Below, in pieces: positions 60,584 to 64,000 of a stretch of DNA of 64,000 bases. This stretch comes from a virus (taxonomy: Duplodnaviria; Heunggongvirae; Uroviricota; Caudoviricetes). Made by a program: the position numbers and the translations under genes. Where the stretch lies: the IMG/VR virus record IMGVR_UViG_3300017722_002988, positions 3,760-67,759 of that record; one strand, given 5' to 3'. How positions within the stretch are numbered: position 1 is the stretch's first letter; every line of letters begins with the position of its first letter. The notes below the pieces were generated by a model, which did not search any database, was not told where the DNA came from, and saw only the letters and a program-made list of their open reading frames with translations.

Positions 60584-61046
60584 GTACGTCAAAGGCTCTG
60601 TAGTCGATGCCGCCGAATCTATTATCGCCCAGGGGTGTAATGCTCAAGGCGTGATGGGGTCTGGAGTGGCCAAAGCCATTCGCGACAGGTGGCCTGAAGT
60701 GTTTCCACGCTATAGGGTGTTCATTGACGAAATTCGAGCTGCCGGCCGAAATCCTCTTGGCTGCACCAACTTCGCTAATGTGGATCCATACGGCGATGAT
60801 AAAATGATCGTCAATATGATCACCCAGGAGTTTTACGGCCGTGACGGTAAACAATACGTTGACTATGATGCCGTGAGAAAATGCATGAATCTCTTAAATA
60901 GAAGAGTAGGAATGTTCTCAACTTCTCCACACCGTGTTGCCATGCCTAAAATCGGAGCAGGTCTTGGTGGAGGTGATTGGGAAGTCATTTCTCAAATCAT
61001 TGAAGAAGAGAGCACTAACTTCCAACCTGTGGTCTATGAACAATGA
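60573..61046 (+). CDS. Macro domain protein (ADP-ribose binding/hydrolase)
   Basis: 'AQGCNAQGVMGSGVAKAIR', 'IVNMITQ', 'MPKIGAGLGGGDW'. Confidence 0.92.
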   Translation: MKIEYVKGSVVDAAESIIAQGCNAQGVMGSGVAKAIRDRWPEVFPRYRVFIDEIRAAGRNPLGCTNFANVDPYGDDKMIVNMITQEFYGRDGKQYVDYDAVRKCMNLLNRRVGMFSTSPHRVAMPKIGAGLGGGDWEVISQIIEEESTNFQPVVYEQ

Positions 61047-61480
61047 GAGTTTTAGTCTGCGGTGGCCGTGATTACACAGACAAAGAACATGTGTACTCTA
61101 TTCTTGACCAGTGTTATAGTCAGAATACCAAGCTAGAGATCATTTCCGGTATGGCTCGAGGCGCCGATAGGTTCGCCTACGAGTGGGCCAAGGAACGAGG
61201 CGTAAAGTGCTTCGAGTTCCCGGCGGACTGGGATAGATACAAGAAGGCTGCTGGGCCTATACGGAATCAACAAATGATCGACGAGGGTTTCCCAGATGCT
61301 GGAATCGCCTTCAAAGGAACAACCGGAACCGCTGATATGGTTAGACGCCTGAAGGCGAACTGCATTCCGGTTCTTGATCTTCGTAGCCATTCACCTAAAC
61401 CACTGCCTGAGCGCGTCGTACGCCATGGCATCATGAAAGTAAGCCGAGAATATGATCCTCAATCTGGTCCCCGAGACTGA
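61043..61480 (+). CDS. SLOG-superfamily protein (DUF2493/YspA-like)
   Basis: 'VLVCGGRDY', 'ISGMARGAD', 'ADWDRY.KAAGPIRNQQM', 'GTADM'. Confidence 0.88.
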   Translation: MRVLVCGGRDYTDKEHVYSILDQCYSQNTKLEIISGMARGADRFAYEWAKERGVKCFEFPADWDRYKKAAGPIRNQQMIDEGFPDAGIAFKGTTGTADMVRRLKANCIPVLDLRSHSPKPLPERVVRHGIMKVSREYDPQSGPRD

Positions 61481-61937
61481 TCCTATCCTGAAGACCGAAC
61501 TCGAGCGGTTCGACTTCTCCAATCCGCCTACCGATCCAGTTCAGCTGGCCAAAGATTTGGCTGAGACTATGATCCAAAACAAGGGCCTGGGTCTCGCAGC
61601 CAACCAGTGTGGTTTGCCGCATCGTGTCTTCGTTATGAACGGCGAACAAATCCGGTGTTTCTTCAACCCAAGAATCGTTGACGTATCCGATGAACAGGTT
61701 GTCATGCCTGAGGGTTGCCTGAGCTTCCCGGGGCTCTCAGTAAAAGTTAAGCGCCCGGCCACTTGCCGTATCCGCTACACTCAGCCGAATGGCGAGACCG
61801 TCACCGAAGAATATGGCGGCCTATCGGCCCGAGTTATCCAACACGAAATCGACCACCTGAACGGGTACACCTTCAAGGATAGAGCTTCAAAGTTCCATCT
61901 TGAGTCTGCCCTCCGCAAGAGAAAGAAGAACAAATGA
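61452..61937 (+). CDS. def: Peptide deformylase
   Basis: 'GLGLAANQCG', 'EGCLSFPG', 'QHEIDHLNG'. Confidence 0.95.
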   Translation: MILNLVPETDPILKTELERFDFSNPPTDPVQLAKDLAETMIQNKGLGLAANQCGLPHRVFVMNGEQIRCFFNPRIVDVSDEQVVMPEGCLSFPGLSVKVKRPATCRIRYTQPNGETVTEEYGGLSARVIQHEIDHLNGYTFKDRASKFHLESALRKRKKNK

Positions 61938-62347
61938 AGTCATGGCCACAAGACATCCACGAGATGCATACTAAGTTCGGGCATCTAGATGCTGTCAGGA
62001 ACATGGAACCAGAAACCCTGAGGGCAATGCTGAAGTTCCGTATTGATTTCCTCCAAGAGGAGTTGGATGAAACCCGCAAAGCTCTCGACGAAGATTTTGA
62101 CCCAGAAGAAATCGTAGATGGCTGCATCGATCTCTGTGTCGTTGCAATCGGAACGCTGGATCTCTGCGATGTTGATGTGCAGGAAGCTTGGGATCGGGTT
62201 CATGCAGCCAACATGTCCAAGAAGGCCGGCATCAAGCCAGGCCGCCCAAATCCACTCGGTCTTCCGGATCTGATGAAGCCGGAGGGCTGGGTTGCTCCTA
62301 ATCACCTTGACAATCACGGCTTCATGGCTAAGGCCTTCGAGGAATAA
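61934..62347 (+). CDS. MazG-like all-alpha NTP pyrophosphohydrolase
   Basis: 'FLQEELDE', 'EEIVDGCID', 'VHAANMSK', 'DLMKPEGW..P'. Confidence 0.85.
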   Translation: MKSWPQDIHEMHTKFGHLDAVRNMEPETLRAMLKFRIDFLQEELDETRKALDEDFDPEEIVDGCIDLCVVAIGTLDLCDVDVQEAWDRVHAANMSKKAGIKPGRPNPLGLPDLMKPEGWVAPNHLDNHGFMAKAFEE

Positions 62348-62348
62348 T

Positions 62349-62825
62349 ATGAACACGCTTGAAGTTCTTTGCAATGAGCATCTGCAAAACATCCTGATCA
62401 CTCAGGAGTTTATAGACTATCGCAATGAGCTTTCTCAAAAGTTTTACACAGGCGGCCGAGATGGGAAGGAAATGCTTGTCTCGGCCGATTGTCTAATTGC
62501 TGAATACGAACTCCTGCGATTAGGTGTCGTTCAAGAGCCTCTTAGTTTCGCACACGACATCATAGTCGACGGCAAGCTGATTGACATCAAGGTAGTTAAG
62601 AGTACTTGGTTCACAGTCAAACAGAGAAGACTTGAGTGGTATAGAGAGTGCGTTGCTAGACGTTCTGTAGATGACTTCGCCTTCTTAGCCTATAAGCGCA
62701 GTGTAACCAAGCCATTCGTTGTAGGTGATATCATATCATTACGATTTATTAAACAGGTCCCAGCTAAAGAAGTGTTGTACAAATTGAAAAAATCGATGTA
62801 TAATGGCTTCTACTATCCAATGTAA
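62349..62825 (+). CDS. DenB (endonuclease IV)-like PD-(D/E)XK nuclease (start MNTLEV)
   Basis: 'IAEY', 'FAHDII...IDIK' core and C-terminus 'LKKSMYNGFYYPM' recall T4 DenB ('AEF', 'YAWDVL..VEVK', 'VRKSNYNGWY'); similarity judged by eye. Confidence 0.55.
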   Translation: MNTLEVLCNEHLQNILITQEFIDYRNELSQKFYTGGRDGKEMLVSADCLIAEYELLRLGVVQEPLSFAHDIIVDGKLIDIKVVKSTWFTVKQRRLEWYRECVARRSVDDFAFLAYKRSVTKPFVVGDIISLRFIKQVPAKEVLYKLKKSMYNGFYYPM

Positions 62826-62834
62826 GGAATACAC

Positions 62835-63257
62835 ATGAGCATGATTATAGACAGGCCTTCCAAGGAGTCTATCAAAGTCCTTGAGGAATGCGCAGCAGTC
62901 CAGAAGAAAAAGGGCGCTGACTACCAAAACCCCAACAGCAATGTCAAGCAGGCGATGCACTACCGCCGCGGCATTGATTCCATCCATGACATCATGCAAG
63001 GTAAAATGTACCGAGCGCAGAGTCTTTTGGAGTCTGCTGAAGGCGCGACCAACCCCAACTATGAGTCGATCGAGGATACCTATATGGACCTGATCAACTA
63101 CGCCTCATTCGCCGTCGAGTATCTCCGTGGCAAGATGGATGGTCAAGATCCAACGCGTGATATGTTTAACAAGCCAAATGCTGTCACCCGTATCCCACGC
63201 ATCACAACCTCAACTATTTCTAGCATTTCTCATGAAGACAACGGAAAACACACGTAA
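62835..63257 (+). CDS. Nucleotide modification-associated domain 1 (Nmad1/DUF1599-like) protein
   Basis: 'QKKKGADY', 'K..RAQSL', 'ESIEDTYMDLINYASFAV' motifs. Confidence 0.75.
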   Translation: MSMIIDRPSKESIKVLEECAAVQKKKGADYQNPNSNVKQAMHYRRGIDSIHDIMQGKMYRAQSLLESAEGATNPNYESIEDTYMDLINYASFAVEYLRGKMDGQDPTRDMFNKPNAVTRIPRITTSTISSISHEDNGKHT

Positions 63258-63922
63258 TGGCTGAGTTTATTGAAACCCTAGACGTCAACGACATCCGCAA
63301 CATTCTGAAAGAGCGTCTCCGCCGCGAGCAGTATGTCATCGATAAAACCGGCGTGAAGATGATTGAGATCGTCGGCGCCAGCTTCATCGCTGATGAAGAA
63401 GCTATCTTCGGTGAGGTCAACTGGGATTATGTCCAGCGTGAGATCGACTGGTACGAGTCCGAGTCTCTCAATGTTAACGACATTCCAGGTAAGACGCCGG
63501 CCATCTGGACCCAGGTCGCCGATCCAGATGGCATGATCAACTCGAACTACGGTTGGTGCATCTACTCCGAAGACAATTGGCACCAATACGATCACGTTCT
63601 AGCCGAGTTGGCTGATAAGCCAAACTCCCGCCGTGCTGTGATGATCTACACTCGACCCGCTATGTGGGGCGACTATGACATGAACGGCCGGTCTGATTTC
63701 ATGTGCACCAACGCAGTTCAATATCTTGTCCGTGACGGCGCTCTACATTGCGTAGTGCAGATGCGGAGTAACGACGTAATCTTCGGCTACAAAAACGACA
63801 GGGCGTGGCAGAATCATGTGTTGTATCATCTCGCTGAAGATCTTGATTTGCCGGTTGGGAATATTCACTGGCAAGTCGGTTCACTGCACGTTTACGAACG
63901 TCACTTCGATCTAGTTAAGTAG
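63257..63922 (+). CDS. gp42: dCMP hydroxymethylase/hydroxylase (T4 gp42 family, thymidylate-synthase fold)
   Basis: 'DKTGVKMIEIVGASFIADE', 'INSNYGW', 'SRRAVMIYTRP', 'SDFMCTN', 'MRSNDVIFGYKND'; the Asp in KND is the dCMP-specificity position. Confidence 0.92.
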   Translation: MAEFIETLDVNDIRNILKERLRREQYVIDKTGVKMIEIVGASFIADEEAIFGEVNWDYVQREIDWYESESLNVNDIPGKTPAIWTQVADPDGMINSNYGWCIYSEDNWHQYDHVLAELADKPNSRRAVMIYTRPAMWGDYDMNGRSDFMCTNAVQYLVRDGALHCVVQMRSNDVIFGYKNDRAWQNHVLYHLAEDLDLPVGNIHWQVGSLHVYERHFDLVK

Positions 63923-63931
63923 GAGATTACC

Positions 63932-64000
63932 ATGAGTGATAGAATCAATATTTTAGACCGCATTGACGGCGAGCGTGAGTATCAGATCCAGCGATGGGGA
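63932..64000 (+). CDS. N-terminus of a gene truncated by the window end
   Basis: RBS AGGAG; MSDRINILDRIDGEREYQIQRWG, open to the end; 'ERE.Q..RWG' recalls all-alpha NTP-PPase-like proteins. Confidence 0.6.
   Translation, partial: MSDRINILDRIDGEREYQIQRWG

Noticed and set aside
61452-61937. Peptide deformylase as a novelty
   Set aside because: Well-known auxiliary gene in T4-like phages.
1-64000. tRNA, rRNA, integrase, transposon or diversity-generating retroelement
   Set aside because: Intergenic gaps are short and explained by promoters and terminators; no cloverleaf, recombinase or reverse transcriptase motifs were recognised by eye.

Overview
This window is a 64-kb slice of a large T4-like (Tevenvirinae/cyanophage-type gene order) myovirus genome. 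All credible genes are on the + strand. Order: baseplate wedge genes (gp6 3' end, gp7, gp8), a split DUF4815/VrlC-like virion protein, a 2415-aa modular tail fibre with a C-terminal intramolecular chaperone and a gp38-like tip protein, and an overlapping Rz/Rz1-type spanin pair. Next is an unusual cassette: a Thr-rich pentad-repeat protein, a 1395-aa Gly-X-Y protein, a 2OG-Fe(II) oxygenase, a Grx-like protein and a DUF6065-like protein. Then the neck/terminase/tail/head module gp13-gp23, which includes an 874-aa apparent internal-protein polyprotein. After gp23 comes a terminator-bounded island of early genes starting with an Acb1-like 2H phosphodiesterase that carries a T4-style capsid-targeting N-terminus. 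The rest is gp3, uvsY, uvsW, gp55, gp47/gp46, accessory enzymes (HAD, metallophosphoesterase, DinG-like helicase, Dam, Macro, SLOG, peptide deformylase, MazG-like) and the start of a cytosine-modification cluster (DenB-like nuclease, Nmad1-like protein, gp42-like dCMP-modifying enzyme). Two promoter classes are visible: T4-late (T/A/C)ATAAATA boxes and a sigma70-like NTGTAC-N17-TANNAT class. I saw no tRNA, rRNA, CRISPR array, intron or intein. All family calls come from reading motifs by eye; no searches were run, and the host cannot be determined from this window.
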